Shown here: positions 19,921 through 29,793 of the stretch, piece after piece
Layout: each line of letters begins with the position of its first letter
Numbering within the stretch: the stretch's first letter is position 1
From: Anaerolineae bacterium
GTDB lineage: Bacteria > Chloroflexota > Anaerolineae > Aggregatilineales > Ch27
Length of the DNA stretch: 64,000 bases
Direction: 5' to 3'
Assembly: GCA_013178165.1 (NCBI GenBank)
Contig: JABLXG010000022.1
Location: 13,923 to 77,922, forward strand
The notes under the pieces: model-generated
What the model saw: the letters and a program-made list of their open reading frames with translations, nothing else
Told to the model about the DNA's origin: nothing
Database searches by the model: none
Translations under genes and position numbers: made by a program

Positions 19921-21129
19921 GTGACGATGGACACGTTCATTGCAGCGGATGGCCTGGCTATCCATATTGGCCAGGGAGAATGGCAGCTAGCGATATCGCG
20001 CGTTGATGGCCTGACGCTCTTCAATGCGGTGGCTGGCAGCGCTGCTGTCAAGTATCGCCCGGAGTTTGCCCGCATACGACGGCTTCCTGTGGAAGGCGAA
20101 CTCCCCATTGAACACATTCGGGAAGTGGTGGCGGGCTGGTCGCCCGGAGATCGAGCCTGGCATCTGGGAATGTTGCTGGCGCCGGTGGTGGCCGAGCCAC
20201 GCGGAGGCCGCTGGTGCTTGCTGGCCCGCTGGCAGGATGAGTCCGGGCAGGTAAAAGGTGAGGAAGTTCGTCAGGTCGGCCAGCAATTGGCAGAGATAAT
20301 GGGGGTGGCCTTTCGCTTCGTGGCGCCGGCGGCTTCGCCGGTCGCGACTGCTACTCTGGCTGCCCAGGCTACGCCGGTGCTGGAGAAGGTGTCCGCCGCA
20401 GTGGGCCAGCCCGCGCAGGTTGCACAGGCTATTGCCTTGCCACTTGAAGTTGGTGAGTGGCGGCTGCGGCCAATCGATATCGGATTGCAGTGGGAACACA
20501 CGGCAGTCTGGTCTGTGGGCACCTTTGCCCGCATCATCTTTCGTCTTGCGCTGGGCATTGTGTTTATTGCGCTGGGGGTATTGACCCTGCAAAGCCCCTA
20601 TGCGCCGGTTCAACCCGCTTTTCTGCCCTACCTGGGGCTGATTGTTGGCGTTGTCCTGATTGTCGATGTGTTGCGGTACATCCTGCGGCTGATGCGAACC
20701 GAAGTCGTGGTGGTTGATCGGCGGGAGCGCGAAGTCAGGCGGCATCTGGACCTGACCAGTGATGTTCTGGATGTGTATGACTTCGATGAAATCCGGGCGG
20801 TAGTCGTGACGCAGATCGCCCGTAACCGGCAGCGCGGGCGGGACGGACAACCGGATCGGGTGACGCATGAAGCCTGGCTGCATCTGCTCCTTCACGAGCC
20901 ACATCAGGAACCCGGCAAGGAGCGCGACCTCAAACCTGAAGATGCCTACCTGACGATTGGCTACATTGAGCAGACTGAGGGCGAAGCGCTGGAGCCTGCG
21001 CTGGTAGACAGGAAGCAAGAACGTGCGCCCCGGCTCATGCGGCCTGAGGAGGCCACGACGCCCGCCCAGAAGGCTGCAGTGGTTCTGGCTCAGGCTATCC
21101 AGGTTGACGCCTATCTTGACCAGCGTTGA
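19921..21129 (+). CDS. Hypothetical membrane protein (two central TM helices, soluble N- and C-terminal domains)
   Basis: 402-aa ORF with two hydrophobic segments and typical codon usage. No recognisable family. Confidence 0.7.
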   Translation: MTMDTFIAADGLAIHIGQGEWQLAISRVDGLTLFNAVAGSAAVKYRPEFARIRRLPVEGELPIEHIREVVAGWSPGDRAWHLGMLLAPVVAEPRGGRWCLLARWQDESGQVKGEEVRQVGQQLAEIMGVAFRFVAPAASPVATATLAAQATPVLEKVSAAVGQPAQVAQAIALPLEVGEWRLRPIDIGLQWEHTAVWSVGTFARIIFRLALGIVFIALGVLTLQSPYAPVQPAFLPYLGLIVGVVLIVDVLRYILRLMRTEVVVVDRREREVRRHLDLTSDVLDVYDFDEIRAVVVTQIARNRQRGRDGQPDRVTHEAWLHLLLHEPHQEPGKERDLKPEDAYLTIGYIEQTEGEALEPALVDRKQERAPRLMRPEEATTPAQKAAVVLAQAIQVDAYLDQR

Positions 21130-21238
21130 GCTGGCGCTCTGGACTTGCACATTCAGGGGGGAACGTATACAGTAAGGCGGCTGTTTTTCTCCTGCGATCT
21201 GGATATCCACGCATTGCATTGACTATTGAGGAGTTCTG

Positions 21239-22075
21239 ATGCGCGAAATTACCGTCGCCCTGGTGCAGATGAAACCTGTGCTGGGGGAGCCTGAGGAAAA
21301 CCTGGTCAAGATGTCTGATTTTGTTGCGACCATTGCCTCGCAACAGCGGGTTGACCTGATCGTCTTTCCGGAACTGGTAACCAGCGGTTACGAGCTGGGC
21401 GTGCGCTTTACGGAAATCGCCCAGCGTGTGCCCGGGCCGACGATTAACCTGATGTCGCAGCGGGCCAATGAGCACGGCGTCTACATCGCTTTCGGTATGG
21501 TGACGAAAGAAAAAGTTGAGAGCGTGCTCTACAACAGCGCGGTGCTTGTCGGGCCAGATGGCGAACTGGTCGACGTGTACAACAAGATTCACCTGCGTGG
21601 CGAGGAACGCATGGCCTTCCGCGAGGGCTACAAAATCCCGGTATTGGAGACGGAATTCGGCACGATCGGGCTGTTGCTGGGCTGGGACCTGGCATTCCCG
21701 GAAGTGGCGCGGGCGCTGGCGCTGGATGGGGCGGAACTGTTGTGCGTCATGGCTAACTGGGAAGCCAGCGCAATTGATGAATGGAAGACATACCTGCGGG
21801 CGCGCGCCTATGAGAATACGCTGTTCGTGGCCGGCGTTAACCGCATTGGCGAGGATGTGACGCTCAATTTCGGTGGCGAGAGCATGGTTGTCGGCCCACG
21901 GGGAACAGTCTATGCATCGCTGACAGACGAGGTTGATCCCGGGACGGGTCAGCCTGCTGAGGGCTACACAGTTGCCCGCATCGATCTGGATGAGGTGCGC
22001 CGTTACCGCGAAGAACTGCAAATTCTGCAGGCGCGCCAGCCTGCCGCCTACCGGGCGCTGGTGCGTAAGTATTAG
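21239..22075 (+). CDS. Carbon-nitrogen hydrolase (nitrilase superfamily) protein with the catalytic Cys replaced by Gly
   Basis: VFPEL (Glu) and YNKIHL (Lys) are present, but LLLGWDLAFPE replaces ICYD. RAYENTLFVAGVNRIG and GGESMVVGPRG are also present. Confidence 0.9.
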   Translation: MREITVALVQMKPVLGEPEENLVKMSDFVATIASQQRVDLIVFPELVTSGYELGVRFTEIAQRVPGPTINLMSQRANEHGVYIAFGMVTKEKVESVLYNSAVLVGPDGELVDVYNKIHLRGEERMAFREGYKIPVLETEFGTIGLLLGWDLAFPEVARALALDGAELLCVMANWEASAIDEWKTYLRARAYENTLFVAGVNRIGEDVTLNFGGESMVVGPRGTVYASLTDEVDPGTGQPAEGYTVARIDLDEVRRYREELQILQARQPAAYRALVRKY

Positions 22076-22108
22076 TCGCGCCGGAGTGCGCTGGCACAGG
22101 AGGACGGT

Positions 22109-22375
22109 ATGCTGCCGGAAAGGCCTGATCGCGCCGCTCAGGACGCGGCAGCTGATGGACGATTGATCGAACAGGATGCTCAGCCGGTGTATGTCGGCGC
22201 GCCCAGCGAATATGCCAGTGAGGCCGAGGTCCCGGAGACCGTCGGCCTCATTGCCAAGATTCTGGCAGGCAGTGTGCTGGCCTGGTCGACAGGCGCCATT
22301 GTGCTGGTGTTAGCTGGCGCTGGTTGCGCCCTCTGCGTGGCAGCGACGCTGCTGATCGGGCTGACGCTGCGTTAA
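22109..22375 (+). CDS. Small hypothetical membrane protein
   Basis: 88 aa with an acidic N-terminus and a hydrophobic C-terminal half. GGAGG RBS. It fills the gap between flanking genes. Confidence 0.55.
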   Translation: MLPERPDRAAQDAAADGRLIEQDAQPVYVGAPSEYASEAEVPETVGLIAKILAGSVLAWSTGAIVLVLAGAGCALCVAATLLIGLTLR

Positions 22376-22395
22376 CGGGAGCTGGAGGAGCGCGA

Positions 22396-23016
22396 GTGGG
22401 ATTGTCAGGCTCGCGGAACGGTTCGTTTTGGGAACGCTATCGTGGTCTGCTCACTGTGCTGCTGATCCTGGCGATTGTCAGCGGCGTCGCAGTCTTTCTG
22501 TTCAGACGTCCTGAGCCAGTAGCGATCACGATTATCCCGCCGGAGCCAACGGTTACCCCGTTTCCTTCGCCTACGCCGGGGCCAATCACGGTATATGTCA
22601 CCGGGGCGGTGGCCCGTCCCCAGATCATGGTCAGCCTGCCATATGGCAGCCGGGCGATCGATGCGATCGAAGCGGCGGGCGGTTTCACCGCTGAAGCGGA
22701 TCGCGTGCGAGTAAACCAGGCCCAATTGCTGCGCGATGGCGACCAGGTGCATGTGTTTGCCGTACAGGAGACGATCGCTGCCCCTGATACGATTCTGGCT
22801 ACGCCAGGCGATAGTGGTATCGTCTATGTGAATTCTGCCAGTCAGGCTGAACTGGAGAGTCTGCCACGAGTCGGGCCGGAACTCGCCCGGCGAATCATTG
22901 CCTACCGCGAGGAGCACGGGCCATTCACAACCCTGGACGATCTGCTGGCGGTCAGCGGAATCGGGCCTTCCTTGCTGGAGGCTATTACCCCACTTATCTC
23001 GCTGGATGTGCACTAG
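22396..23016 (+). CDS. comEA: ComEA family DNA-binding protein (TM + SLBB + helix-hairpin-helix)
   Basis: ITVYVTGAVARP, DAIEAAGG, VNQAQLLRDGDQVHV, VNSASQAELESLPRVGPELARRIIAYREEHGPF. GTG at 22396 follows GGAGG. Confidence 0.9.
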   Translation: MGLSGSRNGSFWERYRGLLTVLLILAIVSGVAVFLFRRPEPVAITIIPPEPTVTPFPSPTPGPITVYVTGAVARPQIMVSLPYGSRAIDAIEAAGGFTAEADRVRVNQAQLLRDGDQVHVFAVQETIAAPDTILATPGDSGIVYVNSASQAELESLPRVGPELARRIIAYREEHGPFTTLDDLLAVSGIGPSLLEAITPLISLDVH

Positions 23017-24149
23017 CCGATGCGCTGGCCGGTCGCCTGATCGAATAGATGCACTTGGTCGGGCGGGATCGAGAGCCGGATCTGCTGACCGCGGGTGACA
23101 GGATGTTCCAACGGTGCCCGGATGGTGACCGCGTGCGGCCCAAGCTGGACATGGATTAGCTGGACGCGGTCGCTGTAGAGCGGTTCAACCAGCGTCACCG
23201 TGGCCGGGATGCCCTCCTGGTCGTCCAGCCGGATGTGTTCCGGGCGAATGCCTAGCACGATGCGCATGCCGCTGGCAAAATCGCGGCGGATCGGCCCCCA
23301 GTTGAACGCTTTGCCAATCCACATCCCATCTTCCGCATAGCCATCGAACAGATTCATTGGCGGTTTGCCCAGGAACCCGGCTACAAACACGTTTCTTGGC
23401 GTTTCGTACAGGTGAGCAAATGTGCCGATCTGCATGAGCTGACCCCGGTTCAGCACGGCGATGCGATCACAAAGGGCGATGGCTTCAGTCTGGTCGTGGG
23501 TGACATAGATGCTGGTGACCTGGTAGCGTTGCAGCAGGCGCTTCAGTTCAACCCTGGCGCTGGTGCGTAGCTTGGCGTCGAGGTTGGAGAACGGCTCATC
23601 AAAGAGGAACAGGCGCGGGTCGCGGGCCAAGCAGCGAGCGATGGCGATCCGCTGGCGTTCTCCACCGGAAAGAGTCGGTGGTTTGCGGCTGAGGAGGGGC
23701 TTAAGGTCAATCCGCATCAGTTCAGAAATCTCAAGCACACGGGCTGGAATTTCCGCTTCGCGTTTGTGCAGGCGCAGGAAGAAGCCAATGTTGTCGATAC
23801 TCGGCAGGTGGGGGTACAGCGCGTAGTTCTGGAAGACCATCCCGATCCCCCGTTTGGTCATTGGGATATGCTGCAGGTCTTCGTTATCGTAGAGCACCTG
23901 GCCGGATGTAGGCAGTTCCAGGCCGGCGGCGATGCGCAGCAGGGTGGTTTTGCCACAGCCTGATGGCCCCAGAACGCCCAGCGTTTCTCCGGGGCGTACC
24001 GTGAGGGTGACATCATCCAGGGCATAGATGGCCTCGTCCTGAGGCGGCGGGGAATCATCGGCGCTGGCCGCTGCCCCCTGGCTGTGCATGGCCTTACCCT
24101 GATTGCCGTAAATCTTGGTGATATGTTTCAGCGTCACGGTGGTCGACAT
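23013..24149 (-). CDS. Sugar ABC transporter ATP-binding protein (MalK/UgpC-like)
   Basis: Walker A GPSGCGKT, LSGGERQR signature, FLFDEP, YVTHDQ, C-terminal TOBE domain. Confidence 0.95.
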   Translation of the reverse strand: MSTTVTLKHITKIYGNQGKAMHSQGAAASADDSPPPQDEAIYALDDVTLTVRPGETLGVLGPSGCGKTTLLRIAAGLELPTSGQVLYDNEDLQHIPMTKRGIGMVFQNYALYPHLPSIDNIGFFLRLHKREAEIPARVLEISELMRIDLKPLLSRKPPTLSGGERQRIAIARCLARDPRLFLFDEPFSNLDAKLRTSARVELKRLLQRYQVTSIYVTHDQTEAIALCDRIAVLNRGQLMQIGTFAHLYETPRNVFVAGFLGKPPMNLFDGYAEDGMWIGKAFNWGPIRRDFASGMRIVLGIRPEHIRLDDQEGIPATVTLVEPLYSDRVQLIHVQLGPHAVTIRAPLEHPVTRGQQIRLSIPPDQVHLFDQATGQRIG

Positions 24150-24307
24150 GACAGGCGATTAGCCTCCGGCGGTACTCATTACCCCTTCATGTACCATTTT
24201 AAGGGGATGATGGCCCGACGGCTACCCTTGTGTTTTGTGCAGGTTCGCTCTACCATCGTTAACTTATGATCGGGTTCTATCCAGATACAGAAGGCAGGAC
24301 AGGGCGT

Positions 24308-25348
24308 ATGGATCGCATTGACCTGCGCAGCGATACGGTGAGCTGGCCAACGCCAGCGATGCGGCAAGCAATGGCTACCGCCAGGGTCGGCGATGACGTC
24401 TATGGCGAGGACCCTACGGTCAACGAGCTGGAGGCGCTGGCCGCTGAGACGCTGGGGAAAGAGGCTGGCCTGTTTGTGGTGAGCGGGACGATGGCCAATC
24501 TGGTGGCCTTGCTGACCCATTGCGGGCGCGGCGACGAAGCCATCATGGGCGACCAGTGCCACACCTTCCTTTATGAGGTAGGCAGCATCGCGGCTCTGGG
24601 TGGCATCCAGCCGCGCACTATTCCGGTACAGGCTGACGGCACGTTCGATCTCGATGATATCAGGGCGGCGATCCGGGACAGCGAGGACATTCACCAGCCT
24701 GTATCGCGCCTGATCGCCCTGGAGAATGCGCAGTGCGGAGTCGGGGGTATGCCCCTGACGGCAGCCTACACCGCTGAGGTGGGAAAGCTGGCACAAGCCT
24801 ATGGCCTGAAGCTGCATATCGACGGCTCGCGGATTTTCAACGCGGCAGCGGCATTGAACTGTCCGGCGCGTGAACTGGTCGAAGCGGCGGATAGTGTGTC
24901 ATTCTGCCTCTCCAAAGGGCTTTGCGCGCCGGTTGGGGCGATGCTGGTAGGTAGCCGGGAGTTCATCGCCCGCGCCCGCCGGATGCGTAAGGCGCTGGGA
25001 GGTGGGATGCGCCAGGCTGGTGTGCTGGCTGCCGCCGGTCTGGTAGCTATGCGTGAGATGATCGGGCGCATCCATGAAGACCATGCCACTGCCCGGCAAC
25101 TTGCGGAAGGGCTGGCACGCTTGCCGGGAATTGAGATTGATCTGGAGCGCGTACGAATCAACATGGTGATCATGCGCCTTGCTGATAGCGTCCCGTACAC
25201 GGCTGACGAGATCGCTGCGCGTCTGCGCGAGCGCGGAATCCTGGTCGGCGGACGGGGGGAGCGCAGCTTCCGGCTGGTAACGCACTACTGGATCACGCCG
25301 GCAGTGGTGGAGCAGGTGATCGCCGCTTTCGAGGAAATCTTGGTATGA
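24308..25348 (+). CDS. ltaE: Low-specificity L-threonine aldolase
   Basis: IDLRSDTVS, VGDDVYGEDPTV, SGTMAN, LHIDGSRIFNA, FCLSKGLCAPVG, GGGMRQAG. Confidence 0.93.
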   Translation: MDRIDLRSDTVSWPTPAMRQAMATARVGDDVYGEDPTVNELEALAAETLGKEAGLFVVSGTMANLVALLTHCGRGDEAIMGDQCHTFLYEVGSIAALGGIQPRTIPVQADGTFDLDDIRAAIRDSEDIHQPVSRLIALENAQCGVGGMPLTAAYTAEVGKLAQAYGLKLHIDGSRIFNAAAALNCPARELVEAADSVSFCLSKGLCAPVGAMLVGSREFIARARRMRKALGGGMRQAGVLAAAGLVAMREMIGRIHEDHATARQLAEGLARLPGIEIDLERVRINMVIMRLADSVPYTADEIAARLRERGILVGGRGERSFRLVTHYWITPAVVEQVIAAFEEILV

Positions 25349-26181
25349 ACCGTGAGCTGCCGCCCTTACCCGATTTTGAGTCGTTTGAATGGGATGCCGA
25401 AGGCCCGGCTGACCGGGACATCTTCAGCACAGCGGACACCCTGGCCGCGCCTGTGTCCCCCGAACTGATGCAACCGGCCGCCAGCGGCAGGGCCAGCCCG
25501 GCCTCTGCCGGAGCGACTCAGGCTCCCGCCGATACACCGCCGCCAGTTGCGATGAAGCGCGCCAGACGCCGGGAACGCCTGTGGAACGTGGAACCGGTAT
25601 TTTTCTACCTGATCATGGTCGCCCTGAGTGTGGGGCTGACACCGCTGGCTATGAGCCATCCTGTGGGCCGTTATGCACTCCTGTGGACATTGCTGGCTGG
25701 CGGTGTGCTGGCTTCTTATCTCCTTGACGATGGCACGCTCGAGGTACGGCTTCGCCCGCGCGATCTGATGGCCGGGGCAGGGTGGGGCGCTGTCGTTGGG
25801 TTGCCATTGCTGCTGGTAGGGGCTGGACTGCTGGCAGAGATTTCCGAGCGCATCTTTGTGGAGATGCCTGACGGCGCGGTCTTCCTGACCATTGTGTTCG
25901 TGATGGCGACCACCGAATCGGCGTTCTTCAGGGGACTGTTGCAGAGTCGGCAACCGTTGCTCTTCACAGTGCTGCTGGCCAGCGCCTGGTCAATCCTCAT
26001 GTTCTTCCCGACTATGGATGTGATTGGGTATCCGCTGGTGGCGCTGATCGCGGGAACCTTCCTGGTGATGCTCAATGTGCTGTATGGCTACGTCCGGCAG
26101 CGCAACGGCGCCACGGCCGCATGGGTCTGCCAGACCCTGGTTAGTTTGGCCTGGCTATTTGTGCCGCGTCTGCTGGTCTAA
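25345..26181 (+). CDS. Membrane protein, CPBP/Abi intramembrane protease-like
   Basis: Multiple TM segments and TTESAFFRGLLQ (EExxFRG-like, degenerate). Overlaps the ltaE stop (ATGA). Confidence 0.6.
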   Translation: MNRELPPLPDFESFEWDAEGPADRDIFSTADTLAAPVSPELMQPAASGRASPASAGATQAPADTPPPVAMKRARRRERLWNVEPVFFYLIMVALSVGLTPLAMSHPVGRYALLWTLLAGGVLASYLLDDGTLEVRLRPRDLMAGAGWGAVVGLPLLLVGAGLLAEISERIFVEMPDGAVFLTIVFVMATTESAFFRGLLQSRQPLLFTVLLASAWSILMFFPTMDVIGYPLVALIAGTFLVMLNVLYGYVRQRNGATAAWVCQTLVSLAWLFVPRLLV

Positions 26182-26847
26182 GCCAGCGGCAGCATGAGCT
26201 GCTCGGATCGGCTCCGGCAGGCGGTAGCGGGTAGTACAGGCAAGCACGATCTGCACGGCTGAATGCAAGTCGCACAGGTGGCCGGGTGAAACGTAAACCG
26301 GCTTGACCCGTGTTCGTGTCCGCAGGACAGCGCCGATCACTTCTCTCTGCGTGTTCAGTAAAGGCACGAAATCTCCCCGTTTTTGGCCCGGCTCACGATG
26401 AAAGCCCGTCAGACGGGATTTGGCGCAACCGACAGTTGGACGTTCCAGCCAGAGGCCGATATGCGCTGCAATGCCAAGCCGCCGGGGATGCGCCTGGCCC
26501 TGGCCGTCAAAGATCAGGATGTCCGGCGTGACGGTCAGGCGTTCGTAGGCCGCCAGGATCACCTGACCCTCCCGAAAGCTGAGCAAACCGGGAATGTAGG
26601 GGAAAGGAGTTGGAGCCTGAGCCTGGCTGACTTCGAGGATGGTGAGCGCCGGGAAGCGGAGCACCACGATGGCAGCACGGGACACTTCATCCCGGACGCT
26701 CACATCAACACCGGCTACGGTACGGATATCAGCCAGTGCAGGCCCGGCCTGAGTCCGCAGGCGACTGGCGAGCGCTATCTGCAGTGTCACGGCGTCATCA
26801 GGATTCAGATTCCAGGGGTGAAGATTGGGGTTAGCGATTGCTGGCAT
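26155..26847 (-). CDS. nfi: Endonuclease V (deoxyinosine 3' endonuclease)
   Basis: VAGVDVS, FPYIPGLLSFREG, DGQGQAHPRRLGIA, PTVGCAKS, PVYVSPGH, RLPEPIRAAH. Confidence 0.95.
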   Translation of the reverse strand: MPAIANPNLHPWNLNPDDAVTLQIALASRLRTQAGPALADIRTVAGVDVSVRDEVSRAAIVVLRFPALTILEVSQAQAPTPFPYIPGLLSFREGQVILAAYERLTVTPDILIFDGQGQAHPRRLGIAAHIGLWLERPTVGCAKSRLTGFHREPGQKRGDFVPLLNTQREVIGAVLRTRTRVKPVYVSPGHLCDLHSAVQIVLACTTRYRLPEPIRAAHAAAGLDQQTRHK

Positions 26848-27131
26848 CGCCTAGTTCCTTTTGAGTCTGCGTCCGGATGGTCGACAGGATACCGCACCTG
26901 GTAAATCCGTGACAGCGCATGCTGCGGGACAGCCTGGCAGCAGGTAAGCACAGAGGCCAGGGGGCTGGGAGGCCGGGAGACGCCTGATGCAAGGCTGGCG
27001 GTTACAGTAGTGTTGTGGGGGTGGCAGGAGCGCTGCTGGAAGAGGCAGACAGCGGTTGTTTGCTGTGTGCCGGTTTGCGGGCGTGGTGGCGTATAATAGG
27101 GCCATTGCGGACTGCACAAGGCGGCTGAGGG

Positions 27132-27995
27132 ATGCCGGATATCCTGCAGACACTGGTGCCGTATATCGTGGGCGGGATGTTTTTTCTCGCCCTGGTTCTG
27201 TTTCTGGTGGCGCTGGTGTATTTCCGGCGTGGGAAACGCGATCGGTACTGGCGACTTCGCCGTGCCGCCAGTCTTACTGGCTGGCAGTTGTTTCTTATCT
27301 CGCTCACGCTGGCTTTTGTGGCCTCGGCGGTCTGCCTTTTCAGTGGGTTTGCGTCATTGGTGCTGGAAGGCGGTTTGCAGGCGTCACCTGTACCTGTGTC
27401 TGGCTCGCCCACGGTGCTGGTGTCTCCGTTAATAACTGTCTTGCCTACAGCGCAGGCGGCGGCTACCACAGCGATGCCCTCACCATCGCCTACGCCACAA
27501 CCTGCGTCCGCTACACCGTCGGCAACGCCCACCGGAACTGCCAGCGCTACGGCATCGCCCCGCCCAACGCGGCTGGTGGCATCAGTGACGCTTGCGGGGC
27601 CGACCGCGACTCCCACTGCAACGGAGCTTCAGGTGTGGCCGCTTGCCTCCAATGTGACGCCACCGCCTGAGGCTGACCTGACGATTGTCGCTGTGGATAG
27701 GGCTGTGAGCGCCGATCTACAACCGGTCAATCCGGATGCCCTGTTGCAGGCGGGCATCACCCGGCTGTACTTCTGGGTTGCCTATCGCGGGATGGTGGAC
27801 GGTGTGGCCTGGGAACGGCTTCTGCTGCGTGATGGGCGCGTTATTCAGGGCGGGGCTTACCTGTGGAATGGCGGCGCCGAAGGGACTGCGCTTTACTTCT
27901 TTGGCGACGCTGAAGGTTTTACACCGGGCGAATATGAAATCCGGCTGGCATTCTCCGGTGTCACGGTGGAATCGAAAACGCTGCGTATTCAGTGA
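27132..27995 (+). CDS. Hypothetical membrane-anchored protein (2 TM, Pro/Thr linker, C-terminal beta domain)
   Basis: Two N-terminal TM segments, a PT/PS-rich linker and a globular C-terminus. Confidence 0.75.
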   Translation: MPDILQTLVPYIVGGMFFLALVLFLVALVYFRRGKRDRYWRLRRAASLTGWQLFLISLTLAFVASAVCLFSGFASLVLEGGLQASPVPVSGSPTVLVSPLITVLPTAQAAATTAMPSPSPTPQPASATPSATPTGTASATASPRPTRLVASVTLAGPTATPTATELQVWPLASNVTPPPEADLTIVAVDRAVSADLQPVNPDALLQAGITRLYFWVAYRGMVDGVAWERLLLRDGRVIQGGAYLWNGGAEGTALYFFGDAEGFTPGEYEIRLAFSGVTVESKTLRIQ

Positions 27996-28025
27996 GCGCT
28001 ACACCCCGCAGATCAGCTTGGTGGG

Positions 28026-29786
28026 CTAACGGCTCCGCCGTTTGAAGCCAATAACGCGGTAAACGGTGTGCGGGCCGGGGTCGTCACGGAATGGCCGCTG
28101 TACCGGTTCAGCATCGATCCGGTCACGGACGCGCTGGTAGGTGGCTTCAGAGATGATGATCTCGCTGCGCTCCGCGGCCTCCTGAAGTTGTTTGGCGTGA
28201 GCGACCGGCTGACCAAGGGCGGTGAACTCCTTACGCTCATCGGTCCCCACATTGCCCAGAACGGCCATGCCGGTGTCGATACCGATGCCATACCACAGGC
28301 GGGCATTGGGCGGCATCAGTTCGTGAAGTACTTTGACATCATAGATCATACTCATCGCAGCGCGGATCGCCCGCAGGGCATGATCTTCTTCCTGGGGATT
28401 GAGCTGGGTGTTGTAGAGGCCAACGACGGCATCACCCATGTACTTGTCGATGATGCCCTCGTACAGGTGGATTGCATCGCTGGCGACCTCAAGGTAGCGG
28501 TTGATCACCGTCATCAGCGCCTCTGGCTCAAGCTGCTCGGAGAAGCCGGTAAAGCCGCGCACATCGGCGAAGATGATGCTGATCTCGCGCTCTTCCCCGC
28601 CAAGGGCAAGGGTGTCAATGGCCCGGATGTTCTCAACCATCGCTGGTGGGAGGTACCGCCGCACTTCGGCCAGCGTCGCTTCCCGGCGGCGGATATCGGT
28701 CAGGTCATCGACAAGGATGGTCGCCCCGCTGATACCCTGATCGTGAGTCTTGAGCGGGCTGAGACGCACAGCAAATACGACTTTTCCGCGCCCGACAAGG
28801 ACTGGCTCAAGCTCTGCGGCGTAGTTGAGGCCATCGCTGAGGGCGCGCTGCAGCGCTGCGTAGAACTCCGCACCGAGATCCGGGAGGATGTTGGCGAGGG
28901 GTCTATTCAGGGCCTGCTGGCGTTCCAGGCCAAAAATGCGTTCTGCTGCCTGGTTCCAGATGATGACTCTTGTGTCACAATCGGTGGTGATCACCGCGCT
29001 GGCGAGCGAGGCGAATACACTCTCCAGCAGTTCCTTGTTCTCGGTGACTTCTTCCAAAGTGGTTCTGACATGTTCGAACAGGCGGGCGTTCTCGATGGCC
29101 ACCGCGGCTTGATCGGCAAAGGCGGTCAGGAGCGCCAGCTCGCTCTCACCAAACAGACCGGAACGAACGCGGTTATCGGCGTATACCACCCCGATCACAT
29201 CCTCTTTAATCTTTAGCGGGACGCACAGGATGCTGCGCAGGGAATAGGACACCACGCTTTCCTGCTCGGCGAAGCGCGGATCGCTCTGGGCATTGGTGGT
29301 CACTACCGGCGTGCCGGTCTGGGCGACGCTGTTGACAACGCTACGGCTTACCGTAAAAGAACTGCGTTCGATTGTCTCCCGATCAAGGTTACGGGCCACC
29401 CGTACCATCATGCTGCCGGTGTGCTCATCGCGCAGTACGATGTAACCGCGTTCGGCGTCAGTCAGGCGAATCACGGTGTCCATCACCCGGTTGAGGACTT
29501 CGTCCAGACCCAGCGAGCTATTGATCAGGGCGGAAGTTTCAGCGAGGGCGCGCAACCGGGTCAGTTCGATCTGTTGTGCTCGCAGATGGGCGGCCAGCTT
29601 TTCAATGTCCTGTTCGGCGGCGGCGATGTCTTGTAGGGCACCCGGCGGGAGACTCATGCCGCGCTGTTGCAGCAGCGCACGCTGGGCACGCAGAAGGCCA
29701 TCCAGCTCGTGGATCATGCCTTTAATCCGTTCGGCGGCGACGATGCCAGGACTGGCGAAGGACTGAGTCCCGAAGAGCGTTGACAT
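28026..29786 (-). CDS. GAF-PAS-class III nucleotide cyclase (metal-binding, C1-like subunit)
   Basis: FADVRGFT and DKYMGD are intact, but the transition-state motif is GQPVAHAKQL (no Asn or Arg). GAF: GTPVVTTNAQSDPRF...RSILCVPL. ATG at 29786. Confidence 0.9.
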   Translation of the reverse strand: MSTLFGTQSFASPGIVAAERIKGMIHELDGLLRAQRALLQQRGMSLPPGALQDIAAAEQDIEKLAAHLRAQQIELTRLRALAETSALINSSLGLDEVLNRVMDTVIRLTDAERGYIVLRDEHTGSMMVRVARNLDRETIERSSFTVSRSVVNSVAQTGTPVVTTNAQSDPRFAEQESVVSYSLRSILCVPLKIKEDVIGVVYADNRVRSGLFGESELALLTAFADQAAVAIENARLFEHVRTTLEEVTENKELLESVFASLASAVITTDCDTRVIIWNQAAERIFGLERQQALNRPLANILPDLGAEFYAALQRALSDGLNYAAELEPVLVGRGKVVFAVRLSPLKTHDQGISGATILVDDLTDIRRREATLAEVRRYLPPAMVENIRAIDTLALGGEEREISIIFADVRGFTGFSEQLEPEALMTVINRYLEVASDAIHLYEGIIDKYMGDAVVGLYNTQLNPQEEDHALRAIRAAMSMIYDVKVLHELMPPNARLWYGIGIDTGMAVLGNVGTDERKEFTALGQPVAHAKQLQEAAERSEIIISEATYQRVRDRIDAEPVQRPFRDDPGPHTVYRVIGFKRRSR

Positions 29787-29793
29787 GCCGCTA

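Noticed and set aside
19987-21219. Long antisense ORFs (also 7688-8683, 28068-29216, 40826-41935, 47009-48307 and similar)
   Set aside because: They are shadow ORFs opposite well-supported genes in high-GC DNA and show no recognisable motifs.
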